A DNA stretch of 64,000 bases from Corallochytrium limacisporum Hawaii (taxonomy: Eukaryota > Protista > Pluriformea), in contig PDIP01000005.1 of assembly GCA_002811645.1 (NCBI GenBank), forward strand, positions 197,198 through 261,197, given 5' to 3'. The notes under the pieces were generated by a model. That model was not told where the DNA came from. It was given only the letters and a program-made list of their open reading frames with translations, and searched no databases. The position numbers and the translations under genes were made by a program. This document shows, piece by piece, positions 21,360-32,645 of this stretch (positions are counted from its first letter, which is position 1; every line of letters starts with the position of its first letter).

Positions 21360-23717
21360 CTATGACCTCTGGCCCAGGAGAATTGGGTTGTTATGTGGCA
21401 TGCGCGCGGAGCTCTGCAGGCTGCTCGGCTGGAACCGGGAGGTGTCTAATGCATCTTCCACGCGCTTATTCGTCAAGGCACTCATGATGTTGTGAAGCTG
21501 GTTGATGCCTAATGGCTTGCGCACGTATGCGGTGGCGCCTGCATTGGCACAGCGCTGCTCGATACCTGCAGTAATGTCGGCGGACACCGCAATAATTGTT
21601 GGGGGACGCCGACCTGTTTCTGTACACTCGCTGATAATATTCCTTGTGGCTGCCAGACCATCCATCAAAGGCATCATAATATCCATAAAGATGATATCGT
21701 AATCATGCACTCGGCTCATTTCAAAGGCCTCTAGGCCATTTGTGGCTGAGTCAATGCTCTGGTAGCCAATCTGGCGGAGCAAGCGGTGCAACAGGGTGAC
21801 ATTGATGCGGTTGTCATCAACCACTAGGATGTTGGACTGGGAAATTTTGCTTACATTCTCTTCCTCGCTTAAGGGGTCATCCTCGGCGCTAGAGAAGGAG
21901 TCTACGGAACTGCCGATCATGCTCAGAGAAGATGAGGTCACAGCCTGCGTGCTACCATCCAGAGCTCGGCGGACCTCGTCAGGGCCGACTGGTAAGTTCA
22001 CGTAGAAGGCTGAACCTTCACCGAGCTCACTCTCTGCGGTGATCGAGCCCCCGAGAGCATCTATTGAGCTTCGGCACAAGGCCAGCCCCATGCCAAGACC
22101 ACCCTGAGCACGGGTGATGCTCATGTCAGCCTGGTGCAGAGGACTGAAGCAAGTCTTCAACGCACTCTCATCCATGCCTACTCCGCAGTCAACGACTTCA
22201 ATGGCAACAGTGCCGCTGCCGGCCTTGCTGGTGTTAGCGTCTCGCTCGTATTTGAGAGTTACTCGGATCTCACTGTGCTCCGGGCTGAACTTGATAGAGT
22301 TCTCAAGGAGCTCCATAATAACATATCGGATCTTGCGAGCGTCGCTGAACAGGAACTGGTTACCATGAAGTTCGTTGGCACACACGATGGAAATATTCTT
22401 TGATTCGGCACTCTGCTTGTGTGCTTTGATGATGTCATCGGCGAGATCTGAGAGGTTAAACCATCCACGCGCAATGTAAGCCTTTCCATTCTCCAGCTCA
22501 AGGTAGTCGAAGAAGGAATCGACAGTTCGCAACATTTCCGAGCTGCATTCGTCCATGATACCTAGACTTTCTGAGATTTCACCGCCGGTGCTATGTGATG
22601 ATGTGCGTTTGATCAAATCCAAAGACTGGCTCAAGCGTCCTAGTGGCGTCCGCAGCTCGTGACTGAGCACGCTCATCAAGATGCCCTTGGTCTCGCAGAA
22701 AGTTTGTGCGGTCTGGATGAGATTGGTCAACTGTTCCCGGGTCTTTTCGTGTGCCGGAGTACCACAAATTTGAATGTTTAGAATCTCCGTACCGCTAAGT
22801 TTGACCCTCGTCGATTTCAAATCGCAACGGCGGAAGAAGCCATCACCGCACCGGATCTTCATGGTGAGAGAAACTGTGTTACCGTCTTCGGGAGTTGGCA
22901 GCAATTGTTCCCATTCGGGGGCAAATATATGCACCGGCACTTTTTCCAATTGGGCAGTGCTCCGGTATCCCAAGATCTTGGCTGCCGCGGGGTCTATGGA
23001 TGCCATGAGTGGGCCTTCTTTAGTGAGCTCCACAGTGAGGAAGGCAGAGACACTGTCCTCCAATTCTGTGACGAGATCAGAAAATTCCTCGAGTTTTATA
23101 TCCGAGATGGACTGGCGCTGTGCTGATGAGGCTCTCTTGACCAGGGTTGGCGAATTAGCCTCCGAGCCCGATAGTCTCAAGTTCTGCATGTGGCTATTTC
23201 TCGTTGAGGATATAGACTCCAGTTTCTCCCCTACTGAGGTCAGAACGTCCATAGCAGCACACTCCTGATCATCAGTGAATGCTTTCCTGTCCGTCCGTGC
23301 AATAAAGTACATCGCCTCCGCCTCTAAAGTCGCCATGTTCATCAATGGGAGGACCAAGAAGTGACCGTGTCCTTCAGTGGCAAAATGTGCCCGAATTTGT
23401 TCCGCCAGTAGCTCTGGTGAAGCTGAATCCGTATGTCTCAAGGCTTCCAACACCGGAATATTGTTGTGCCAAAATCCCGAAGTATCATCGTCCGCATTGT
23501 AAGTCCCAGCGAGGATGTGTCCGTCACCTTGAAAATTAACAAAGAAGGCGGACACATGGTGCTTAAGGCGCCGTTCCAGACGGCGCAGGCTGTTGAATAG
23601 AAATCTTCCTGTGTTTTCATCGTACTTCGACACACGCAAGAGGTTCGAGGATCCAGAACCGCGGTTAGTTGGGGATCCATCCCGCCTACTTGTAGCAGTG
23701 CTGCCCCTCTGACCCAT
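21360..23717 (-). CDS. Hybrid sensor histidine kinase (GAF-like, PAS-like, HisKA, HATPase_c, receiver)
   Basis: SHELRTPL H-box; ELLENSIKFS N-box; DCGVGM; GGLGMGL; receiver ILVVDDN, IFMDIMMPLMDG, YVRKP. Confidence 0.95.
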   Translation of the reverse strand: MGQRGSTATSRRDGSPTNRGSGSSNLLRVSKYDENTGRFLFNSLRRLERRLKHHVSAFFVNFQGDGHILAGTYNADDDTSGFWHNNIPVLEALRHTDSASPELLAEQIRAHFATEGHGHFLVLPLMNMATLEAEAMYFIARTDRKAFTDDQECAAMDVLTSVGEKLESISSTRNSHMQNLRLSGSEANSPTLVKRASSAQRQSISDIKLEEFSDLVTELEDSVSAFLTVELTKEGPLMASIDPAAAKILGYRSTAQLEKVPVHIFAPEWEQLLPTPEDGNTVSLTMKIRCGDGFFRRCDLKSTRVKLSGTEILNIQICGTPAHEKTREQLTNLIQTAQTFCETKGILMSVLSHELRTPLGRLSQSLDLIKRTSSHSTGGEISESLGIMDECSSEMLRTVDSFFDYLELENGKAYIARGWFNLSDLADDIIKAHKQSAESKNISIVCANELHGNQFLFSDARKIRYVIMELLENSIKFSPEHSEIRVTLKYERDANTSKAGSGTVAIEVVDCGVGMDESALKTCFSPLHQADMSITRAQGGLGMGLALCRSSIDALGGSITAESELGEGSAFYVNLPVGPDEVRRALDGSTQAVTSSSLSMIGSSVDSFSSAEDDPLSEEENVSKISQSNILVVDDNRINVTLLHRLLRQIGYQSIDSATNGLEAFEMSRVHDYDIIFMDIMMPLMDGLAATRNIISECTETGRRPPTIIAVSADITAGIEQRCANAGATAYVRKPLGINQLHNIMSALTNKRVEDALDTSRFQPSSLQSSARMPHNNPILLGQRS

Positions 23718-23795
23718 TGTACCAAGACTTTGTCATGGACCACTATAGATGCCTCAAACCGTCTACCGTATTTTCTTCATTTCTCTCAATTTATG

Positions 23796-24016
23796 CTACG
23801 AAGATGTTCGCTCAGATTATTGTTAGTACAGGTGTGGGAATATTTCGTACATTTCGATTCAAACACGTTTGATCTACCTTCCTGTGCGCTTCATTGGTTC
23901 GCCAACTCATCGATGGCGCAGTACTAACGAAGAAAGAAACTCGAACAAATTCCTGACTGCAATATATCATGAAGAATAATGTAACCCCAAGCAATGTCTC
24001 TTTGCATGAAACGTAC
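23796..24016 (-). other. Candidate spliceosomal intron in the 5'UTR of the histidine kinase
   Basis: Minus strand: CAG|GTACGT donor at 24016, TACTAAC branch point at 23828-23822, then GAG (23811) or TAG (23796) acceptor; no transcript evidence. Confidence 0.35.
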
Positions 24017-24102
24017 CTGGTGCTCAGACGAAAAGCGTGGTTAACTTACGCGGCACCTTTCCCCAAGATGCAAATGGGGTGTGTCACAGATCCACTTGCC
24101 TT

Positions 24103-24201
24103 TCCCCCTTCCCAACCGCGGGAGGGGAGGGGGGAACGCCCCGGAGGGGGTCTGGGGGAGGGAAGGGGGGGTTTGACCCCGACCCCGAGGGCCCCTCCCC
24201 C
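24103..24201. repeat. G/C-run-rich tract with G-quadruplex potential upstream of the histidine kinase
   Basis: Many G3-G7 runs (gggaggggaggggggaa...ggaggggg.tctgggggagggaaggggggg) flanked by C runs. Confidence 0.6.
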
Positions 24202-26260
24202 AAAACCATCCGACCCTCGGCAGCCAAAACCGCTCGAGCGCTCTCCCCTCCACTGATTTTATCCGGCTTTGGACCTTGTTTTTAAAACCGCGCCCCTCAT
24301 ACTCTCTTTTCGGACTCCCACAGGGGCCTCTCTCTACGGTACAATTGCCCCGCCAGGAACATGGGGAAAGACGGTCATTGAGGGGGTGTCCGAGAATTTT
24401 CCGCTGACTTCTTTTGGGCCAAAAAGTACAATGTTTTCTACTTCGTCACCGCAAGGTGGAAAAGTTGTATGGAAGCGAGATGTGTCAACAAAAACATAAC
24501 GGGAAATTGGACGCCCTATTTGAGTTTCGCTTTCCGCTGGCCCTGTCCATCTCTCAGTGCCCCAGGAGATTCCAGAATTGCAGGTGCACGCGGACGGAAG
24601 CATTTGGGTATCGATTTCTTACTTTCTGGCGATGGACACCCAGACGAAAGCCAACCCTCCCAGCGGCAAATTCCCCACCAGGTCCATCTGCACGGTCATA
24701 AACCAGTTAATGGTTACTGTGGCCGTCCGCGTCGCTATCAATGGAATACATGAAGTGCTCGCCCTGAGACTTACTATATTTACTTCTTCCGAGCCCTATC
24801 CGTTTATACGTTTGAACAAGGATGAAGACGGGACGGGAACAAGGATGAATGCAGGTGCCGCGCCATGACCATCTACATTCAACACTCGCGGTCATCTACA
24901 TCGCTATCGTGCTGTTCACTTCGGCTCTCTCTCTCTCGCTCTCTCTCACAACACACGCCTGCTGACCATGGCCTGACCACTTCCCCCCCCGCGGATCGCC
25001 GTTGTCCAGGAAGTCCGTACCTACGCCCGGTGAATGGACATTCTAGAGAGCGAACAAACACAAAGTGTAAAGAGTAGACTCGCTGATGAGACCTAGGAAA
25101 TAATTCCATCGCTCGGGCAGCTTTCCTGTTGCTGCACCTCTGCAGGCTCGGGAGCAAGGCGCGAGCTAGAACTCAGCCGTGCGAAACGCGGACATAATAT
25201 TTTGTTCCAGCTCATCCGTCCATCATCGGAGCCCGATTGACGCCAAGATGAGGGCCCAAGGGCTGAATTCAGGGAGGCATACGTCGATATAGGGTCCGCG
25301 GCGTTTGCTGGTCCTATATTGAAAGCAAACTCAACGTGTGGGCTGAACCAATGCGAACGCCTCTCTGCGTGGGACTTGCACTTGTGGGTTTGCGATTCAC
25401 CCTCAGCGTTCATCGCTGAAAACGTAAAACAATCGCCTACTCTAGCTTCCTCCTTTCCATCGATGGAAATGCTATGGAACACCTCCGGGCATGTTCAACC
25501 GCACGTCAATGGCTATTACCAATGGGTGTATCTTGATTGATTATATATTCACGGGGTTTTCCGAACAGATGCGTGCCCCTTGTGCTCACACTTGCCACTT
25601 GCTCATCAAGAGTCTGATACGCAATTTGTATATTACGGCGATGGGACGCATACGCGGAGACCCTCCCCTCTCACCTGTTCCTTCTGGCACGTCCCGCCTT
25701 TTCTACGGGCTCTCGTATTGCATGATCTCCTCCGTGATACCACCTGGCCTGAAAACAACAGAAACCTCTGTCCAGCCAATGGTCTGTTTTATCCGATTTC
25801 GAAAATGGAACTCTAAAAGGGCGGGTGAAGCAACCAAACCAAGCCACCACCACCTCAGGTTTCGATAGTCCCTGTTCTGCCCTGCGCTCGTGTCATTGTG
25901 ACGTAAAATGCGCAATACGCCAAGTGGGGCAACACGGAACGGTCGGTCGAGTACATTTAGTCCAACCAATTCCAAACGCGACCTCACATACAATTAGCAT
26001 ACAATTCCAACGCTCATTTCCCCTTACGGCTAAATTGTTCGGCCTGCTCTAGAAGTGGGGGATAGGCTTTGATTGCTGCTCGACGTGGATGGTAGTATTT
26101 GCGGTGATCTGCATCTTGATCCGAGCGTGCATACTGGCGGATTAGTGATGATCGGTCACATATTTCTTGATGCCTATAGAACCCTGACCCCGAACGCTTC
26201 AATGGTACCATTGATCTGTCTGTGGGTGGCTGGTACATGTGCTACTTGGTTTGACCAATA

Positions 26261-26601
26261 TGTATATACCCTTACTTGCTGAGCCACCGGAAGGTGCCAG
26301 AACCAGATTTGTAACTCACGAGGGGCATCAACCCAATACATGTGCTGTATTGGATAGACAAAGCCGGGAACATCTATGGAACGTATTTTAAGGCTATAGA
26401 ATCATGATGAATGGACGTGCTTGTCATATTCGATTGTTAGGTAGATTCGGTACCTCTAGCATGGTTGTTGGATGTCCCAGAGAATCAATTGCAAAGGAAT
26501 TTCTGAGATTGTAGGGACAGATGCAACATTCCACAAGTGTGCACAGTGGGGGATCAATTGAAGTGAATATGTATATTCTTGAAGAAGGAGCTGACGTTAC
26601 A
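26261..26601 (+). pseudogene. Possible decayed ankyrin-repeat coding sequence
   Basis: FHKCAQWG (26529-26552) joins SIEVNMYILEEGADVT (26554-26601) after a 1-nt shift in a G5 run; upstream fragments YLLSH and GINPIHV; stops and frameshifts throughout. Confidence 0.3.
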
Positions 26602-29204
26602 TCGCAACCGCCCTCCCGATTACTGCTACTGGTGGCACTATAAGCAATTGGGTCTGCAACGGAACGGGAAGTGCAAACCCCAATGAAAGGATGCAAAATG
26701 ATGGTAGCATGAAAGCCCATATGGGGACTCATGCAGGTGGCATTGCAGAGGGTGGTACTGAGGGTTTTTGTTACCTGCACTTGGTCGCTGGCTGATTAGG
26801 ATACATCTCCGGAGGGAATGGTATGAAATGCGGGCAGTCAAAAGTAGCACCGGGCCCAACCCACAGAATGTTTCGCGATGGGTTTCACACAAAACGTGAC
26901 CCTATCCCCATCGGCAAAGGGACAAATTTTATCGAACTCTCACACAGCAAATCTCAAAATGCACACTCCGGATCACCAGGAAGGAATTAAGTACGAACGT
27001 CTAGAGGTTGTGTGGTGGTGCGCTCAGATGCTTGCCTGGACGAACTGTAGTCGATACTCTATTGGGTCTTGTACACGAACAGCATGCTTAATTGCCTGCT
27101 CGCCTGACGTACCCATGAGGGGCGAATGATGGAGACGAGATTGAAAGAATCGATGGCGGCGAAGTTGTTACATCAGGACAAAATAGAAGACTTGAAAGCG
27201 GCCATGGTGAAAGGTCACGATGAAAGCGAAAGGCGACTGAATTGCTCAAAGCCAAAGAAGGCTAATGTCCGGGACTTTCCGAATCCAAATTGCTTCCAAG
27301 TGTGGCGGCAACATGTAGCAGCAGACACTGTGACCTACGTGCGTGCTCATGTCCTGTATTGTGGTACCTTCCCCGCTTTTTTACACCTTGTCGCCCGAGA
27401 GGACTTGCCCTATTCCACGTGTGTAGTCATGGGCACGTTGGAAGTACGTTAATTTGTAGTTTGTATTGATGATCTTGCATCCCTAAAACAAGTAGCTGCA
27501 TTACAAATTGTTCGCGTGTGCACACGAGAATGTTAGGGTAAACATTGCGACATGAGTGTTCTTTCCCAACAGCTTCCCCAGTTGAAGCAGATGGTAAGTT
27601 TCCTGATCAACAGATAGGGGCTACTGCGTGATTACAGGTTTCCTTAGATTGACGTTTTGTATCCTGAAAGCATCCCCAGAATTCGAACCCACTTTGGGGA
27701 TCCTACGTAATCTCCCTCTTGGTATCGTGCACAGCAATGGACACCCGTGCTCGCGACCTACATGAAACTGCTTCGTAGGGGAAGGCCTTCTGGTTGAAGT
27801 CTGCGCCTTGCAATATACCACCCTTCCAAAGACACCTCAAAGTGCGTTCCTCTTTGAGTGCATGTGATGCACTGAGGAGTTGAATTGGGTCAACTAGGGC
27901 CGTTCCCCTTCGTTGCGGGAGAGATGGTACAGATGGTTGTAACAAATCGTACATTAAAATACAGCCTGTTCCACCACACGACGGCCATGCCCGGAAAAGC
28001 CTGCTCCAAATTTCGTACACTTGGTACGATAGTATTTATGTTCGAGAGTGCGCGAGGAGCTGCGGGGTAACAAAGGTCGGAACTAAACACGCAAGTTGAA
28101 TCGGCTATGCGATCCGCCCTATCGCATCGAAAGTAACAGGTGGAACCCATTCGGCAAAATAGCCTTGGTCGTATAACATCTTTGCCATGTTGAACGCGAA
28201 CGATCGTCTCCCATGTCTCAACCATCCACATTTGGCCGTGTGTGGTGCGCTTTCTCAAGAATGGTAGGCAATATTTGACCGCCGGCATGACTGGTATACA
28301 AACAAGTAGTTGGTAGATTTGGGATTCAAAGGGCACGGGGAGGAAATCTACGAACACAAAGGAAATGTCATACATTAAGTTGTAAAGTCCGTAAAGTACG
28401 GAAGAACGACTACGAGCAATGCCAACGGTCGGACGAAGCAGATCTCCTACTGATTTCTCCGACTCCTAAAACGCTATAGCACCGGGGGTTGCTGTGTGAT
28501 TTCGTCAACCTGTGTCGCCAGTACAATCGCCTGAAGCAAAGTCCAACGTTCTCCGCACACCAGGAAATGAAGGCCGAATTCGCAGGTCTCTTTGGGGGCT
28601 ACGAAGCCAGCGGACACCAATTCACATTCACATGCAGGACAGCGTTGGTGGTGAGGCTGAGTTGAAGGGGTTTACTAACATTCTGCTTGAGTGAGATGTC
28701 CACCGAGCAGGAAAATACATATTCCACGCCTTCATTTAACTTCATGTCTCCAGGGAGAATGATCTACAGTCCGATCGGCGGTTCATTGCAGTACGCATCC
28801 TCTGCTACAAAATAGACCCCAGAAAGTGGCTGATTTTCGGGAGCGGCAAGGCTTTAATGTTGCAGCAGACTCCAGTGGGCCCTCGTCCTCTGGCAAGACT
28901 CATCATAGAGTTCGCTCGAACTTGGGGCCGAATCGAGACTCCGGATTTTTCATGGAAAAGTTTTGCATACGGTTGCTACAAAGGGAATATGACTGGAACT
29001 CAGCAGTCGGGGCTATCTGTGCGCTGTGTAAGAGAGTCCTGGGCGGGGACGGCTTATGAAATTATGTAAGCGGATTAAGGGCACGAGCTACCGATGTACT
29101 TAAGGAATGGATAGACCTTGGTGTAAACACGTCATGACGTTCACATTTCATTTTGTACCATGGCCATATAGAGCAATCATGAAATGTCTTTAGTTTGAAA
29201 CAAG

Positions 29205-30368
29205 ATGACAGAAAGCGTAGAAGGCTTGCGAGCGCGTGTCCGCGAGCTGGAAACGGAGTTGGCGCGCTTGATCAAGAAGGATAGGCCAAGCCGGCAAAAG
29301 ATTGCGCACATGGATGATGCAGTACGTGCAGATAACCCGTATAGTAGATTGTTGGCCCTGCAGCGTATGGGTGTGGTAGAGAACTATAGAATGATCCGCG
29401 ACTGCACGGTACTGCTGGTCGGGGTTGGAGGTGTCGGTGCCGTGGCGGCCGAGATGCTGACCCGCAGTGGGATTGGTAAATTAATCTTGTACGATTACGA
29501 CAGTGTAGAACTAGCAAATATGAATCGGATGTTTTACACACCACAGCAATGTGGCATGTCCAAAGTGGATGCTGCGATTGAGACACTGAGCATGATCAAC
29601 CCTGACACGGAGCTGGTAGGTAGGCACTGCAATGTCACCTCGGTGCGGAGCCAGGAGACATTGGAAGAAGACATTCTGCGCGGATCACTGGACGGTTCCA
29701 AGATACAGTTGCTCCTGAGCTGTGTGGATACCTACGAAGCTCGGGTGACACTGAACCATCTGGCTACCACGCACTGTATTGAGTGGATCGAATCAGGTGT
29801 GGGTGAGAACGCCGTAAGTTCCCACGTGCAGTTCATGGAGCCTGGGCTTAGCGCTTGCTACATGTGTATTCCTCCTCTGCTGGTCAGTCTGGAGGAAGAC
29901 GAGAAGCAGTTGAACAAAGAAGGAGTCTGTGCGGCCAGCCTGAGCACGGTGGTGAGCATCACGGCAGGGTTGCTGGTGCAGGCCGCACTGAAGTACCTTC
30001 TGCACTTTGGTGAGGTCAGTGCAGTAATAAACTATAACGCACTTGCGGACTACTTTGCGGTATTTCCGAAGGCGCCACCGAATCCAGAGTGTGAATGTGA
30101 TCCATGTCGTTTACAGCAAGTGGAGCGCATGGGAGATATCTCAAAGCACCAGAAGCATCTGCAGGCGCCACGTTCTACACAGGACGAGGATCTCAGGAAG
30201 GCCAAGGAAGACAAGTCATCCGAGGACTGGTCCAAGTATGGCATTGAGATCGTTGATGACAGTAATGAAGACGAGGACCACGATACCATATCTGCTGCTC
30301 CAGCGGTGGATATCGGTGACTCCAATCTGTCAGATCTGCGCAGTCAACTCAGTCAACTACAGAAGTGA
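29205..30368 (+). CDS. UBA5: UFM1-activating enzyme E1
   Basis: NPYSRLLALQRMG, GVGGVG, YDSVELANMNRMFY, ESGVGENAVSSHVQ, catalytic EGVCAASL, C-terminal YGIEIV and LSDLRSQL. Confidence 0.96.
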   Translation: MTESVEGLRARVRELETELARLIKKDRPSRQKIAHMDDAVRADNPYSRLLALQRMGVVENYRMIRDCTVLLVGVGGVGAVAAEMLTRSGIGKLILYDYDSVELANMNRMFYTPQQCGMSKVDAAIETLSMINPDTELVGRHCNVTSVRSQETLEEDILRGSLDGSKIQLLLSCVDTYEARVTLNHLATTHCIEWIESGVGENAVSSHVQFMEPGLSACYMCIPPLLVSLEEDEKQLNKEGVCAASLSTVVSITAGLLVQAALKYLLHFGEVSAVINYNALADYFAVFPKAPPNPECECDPCRLQQVERMGDISKHQKHLQAPRSTQDEDLRKAKEDKSSEDWSKYGIEIVDDSNEDEDHDTISAAPAVDIGDSNLSDLRSQLSQLQK

Positions 30369-30437
30369 AAACAATTGATATTGATTAAATGTACAACCGT
30401 GTATGATAGATACCTGTAGACGCGCATTCAGGAGCCA

Positions 30438-30752
30438 TTAAGACCACTCCAGGACCTTCATGCCGTTGAATGCACCAGCACCAATGGCAGCGAGTGTAAG
30501 AATGACGGGCATAGGCTTCTTGGACTTCAGAGCGCGAGTTCCCATGACAGTACCGAGCAGGACACTGGCACCGGTGGCAATCTGGTGACCAAGCAGAGCT
30601 TCGTTTTGCTGAATTAGGTAGCCGGAGTATCCATAAACGCTGGCGAAAAGGAGACCAGCAGCCAGAGAGGGCACGGACTTGGCCTTAATGTAGCCGATGG
30701 TACCACCGATGGCCAAAAGGCCAGCCATGGTGTAATTGGGATGGTGCGACAT
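30438..30752 (-). CDS. TMEM14: TMEM14-family small membrane protein
   Basis: LLAIGGTIGYIKAKSVPSLAAGLLF, MGTRALKSKKPMP; start at MSHHP (ATG 30752), with a weaker in-frame ATG at 30815. Confidence 0.92.
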   Translation of the reverse strand: MSHHPNYTMAGLLAIGGTIGYIKAKSVPSLAAGLLFASVYGYSGYLIQQNEALLGHQIATGASVLLGTVMGTRALKSKKPMPVILTLAAIGAGAFNGMKVLEWS

Positions 30753-31006
30753 CTTTCTGTGACTAACTTTGAACCGAGAGCAAAGAATCCTTATATCTTG
30801 AAAACTGATAATCATGCAGTCTAGGAGCTAACCCAGTCAAATACCACCATTAAAATAAAGACAGTTGGATGCTTACTAGGCGAATTCATTTCTCAGGCAC
30901 AATAAACTGATAAGAGGTGCGTTGAAGACGCCGAGTGTCGTTCACCCGTCTCCCACTCTGTAGTATCCTCAATGAGTAGGGAGCCCGATGGCAAAACCCA
31001 AAATTA

Positions 31007-31028
31007 CCCCCCCCCCCCGGGGGGGGGG
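31007..31028. repeat. C12-G10 self-complementary homopolymer tract
   Basis: Read directly; lies between the RhoGAP stop and the TMEM14 start. Confidence 0.7.
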
Positions 31029-31235
31029 TGGCCGGGGGGTTGGTGGCTGTTGGCTTGGATAGGCTCCCCGCGATCCAGCCCACAAGCCACAGCACTGAGG
31101 GGATGTAAGCCCCGGAGCAAAGTGACGATAGTGCCTCGCCCCTTTGGTTCACGGTTGAATTCTTCATAGAACTTTGGTGTTACAGACACACATATTCAGA
31201 TAGTATATAGAAGATTTTTAGTCGTTTCAAGAAGT

Positions 31236-32645
31236 TTACTTAACAGGGTTGGCAAGCATCTCCAACTGTCCCTTCAGGAAGTTGTTCTGCAATTCCAAGG
31301 TCTCGATACTCTGCATGAGCATTGCACAGGTCTCGGTCAGTTCGGCGACGACCGTCTCCAATTCGCGCCGCTCCTGCTTGTCGTGTGCAATGAGGCCCTT
31401 GAGGTCCAACACCTGGGCTTTGAGATCTGCCATTTTCTTTGCCGGGGCGTCGACTGCGGAAGATCCTTCCTTGGATCCACCGACCTCGACCGCACTGTCA
31501 TCACCGCTGAGTAGACCTGAAGAATCCCTGGGAAGCTCGCTAGGCTGCGTGTCTCGAAGCGTCTTCTGCACATCGTAGAGAATCGCAATGTAGTTCCGTG
31601 GCACGTCGACCTTCTTGTCATCGTTCTTGACGACGACATAAGTATCCTCGTCCTCCTGCATCTTCTCAATCTGTACAATCTCCCCCTCAAAGATCTGGTC
31701 ACCCTCGGGCGTCTTGAAGTCGTAATTCATCCGTCCAAAGGCCTGCGGAGGCACCTCACTGTCTGGCCGCTCTGCAAACAAAGTCTCGCAGTTCTCGATC
31801 ATCAGCGTTGTGACACTGTTGACCTGCGATTGGCTCTTGGCCATAGCCATGATGCTCTGGCCATGCTGGCGCATAATGTTCGGACCGACGCACGTCGCCA
31901 GATTGGCTGGTCCCATCTTTGTGGTTGCCTGGTGTTTTGACAGGTTACCGAGGAACTTCATTATGGCCGCAGTCAGGGCATAATGACAGGGGGGCAGAGA
32001 CAACAGGATTGCGCGCAACTGTTTCTTCTGCGCGTCCGTGCCATCCCTACCGACAGCGGCCATGAGGACATCGTAGAGATCATATGGCAGCAGAGGATCC
32101 GGGAGTTCTCGCAGATACAGCTTAAGCACACCAGCCGCAACGTGCGGGTCGCGACAGTCCTCGGCAAAATTGATGGGTTCCCCTTCGTCAAGCATCTCCC
32201 TGTACTTGTTGATCTGTCCGGCAAAGCCCGAAATGCGGAAGATACCCTCGGTCTGTGTGCCAGTTTCCGAAATGTAACTCATAATGTCATCCATAAATTG
32301 CGGATACATACGATCTGTATAGCGCATGAGGTTCAGTGCAGCACCGAAATAAGGGCTACCACTGCTACCCGTCACAGTACGCTTGAGCAGGAAGATTGGG
32401 TGTTCTACGCTCAGATTGTAAATACCGACCGCTTGGCTGTTGTCAAGCCATGTACCCTTGCTGTTGACATCTCCGGGGGTGTCAGGTTTAAAGATCCAGT
32501 ACTGATCTGCGTTATCCAATTGAATTTTGTTCAGGATGGTCTTCTTTGCGTCCGCTACTGTGGTCGATGCGCTGACCTTAATTGTCTTCTTGGTCCTCAC
32601 GTCCGGGATCTCCAGGCGGAGAAACAACGGAGCGTTCAAATCCAT
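31236..32645 (-). CDS. RhoGAP with N-terminal FERM-F0/ubiquitin-like domain, degenerate SH3 and C-terminal coiled coil
   Basis: GAP: EGIFRISG (arginine finger), LKLYLRELPDPL, KMGPANLATCVGPNIM; N-terminal KTIKVSASTTVADA..GTWLDNSQAVGIY; SH3-like MNYDF..VPRNYI. Confidence 0.9.
   Translation of the reverse strand: MDLNAPLFLRLEIPDVRTKKTIKVSASTTVADAKKTILNKIQLDNADQYWIFKPDTPGDVNSKGTWLDNSQAVGIYNLSVEHPIFLLKRTVTGSSGSPYFGAALNLMRYTDRMYPQFMDDIMSYISETGTQTEGIFRISGFAGQINKYREMLDEGEPINFAEDCRDPHVAAGVLKLYLRELPDPLLPYDLYDVLMAAVGRDGTDAQKKQLRAILLSLPPCHYALTAAIMKFLGNLSKHQATTKMGPANLATCVGPNIMRQHGQSIMAMAKSQSQVNSVTTLMIENCETLFAERPDSEVPPQAFGRMNYDFKTPEGDQIFEGEIVQIEKMQEDEDTYVVVKNDDKKVDVPRNYIAILYDVQKTLRDTQPSELPRDSSGLLSGDDSAVEVGGSKEGSSAVDAPAKKMADLKAQVLDLKGLIAHDKQERRELETVVAELTETCAMLMQSIETLELQNNFLKGQLEMLANPVK

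Noticed and set aside
24925-24947. CT microsatellite within a 38-aa hydrophobic mini-ORF
   Set aside because: Hydrophobicity is partly produced by the repeat; no support for translation
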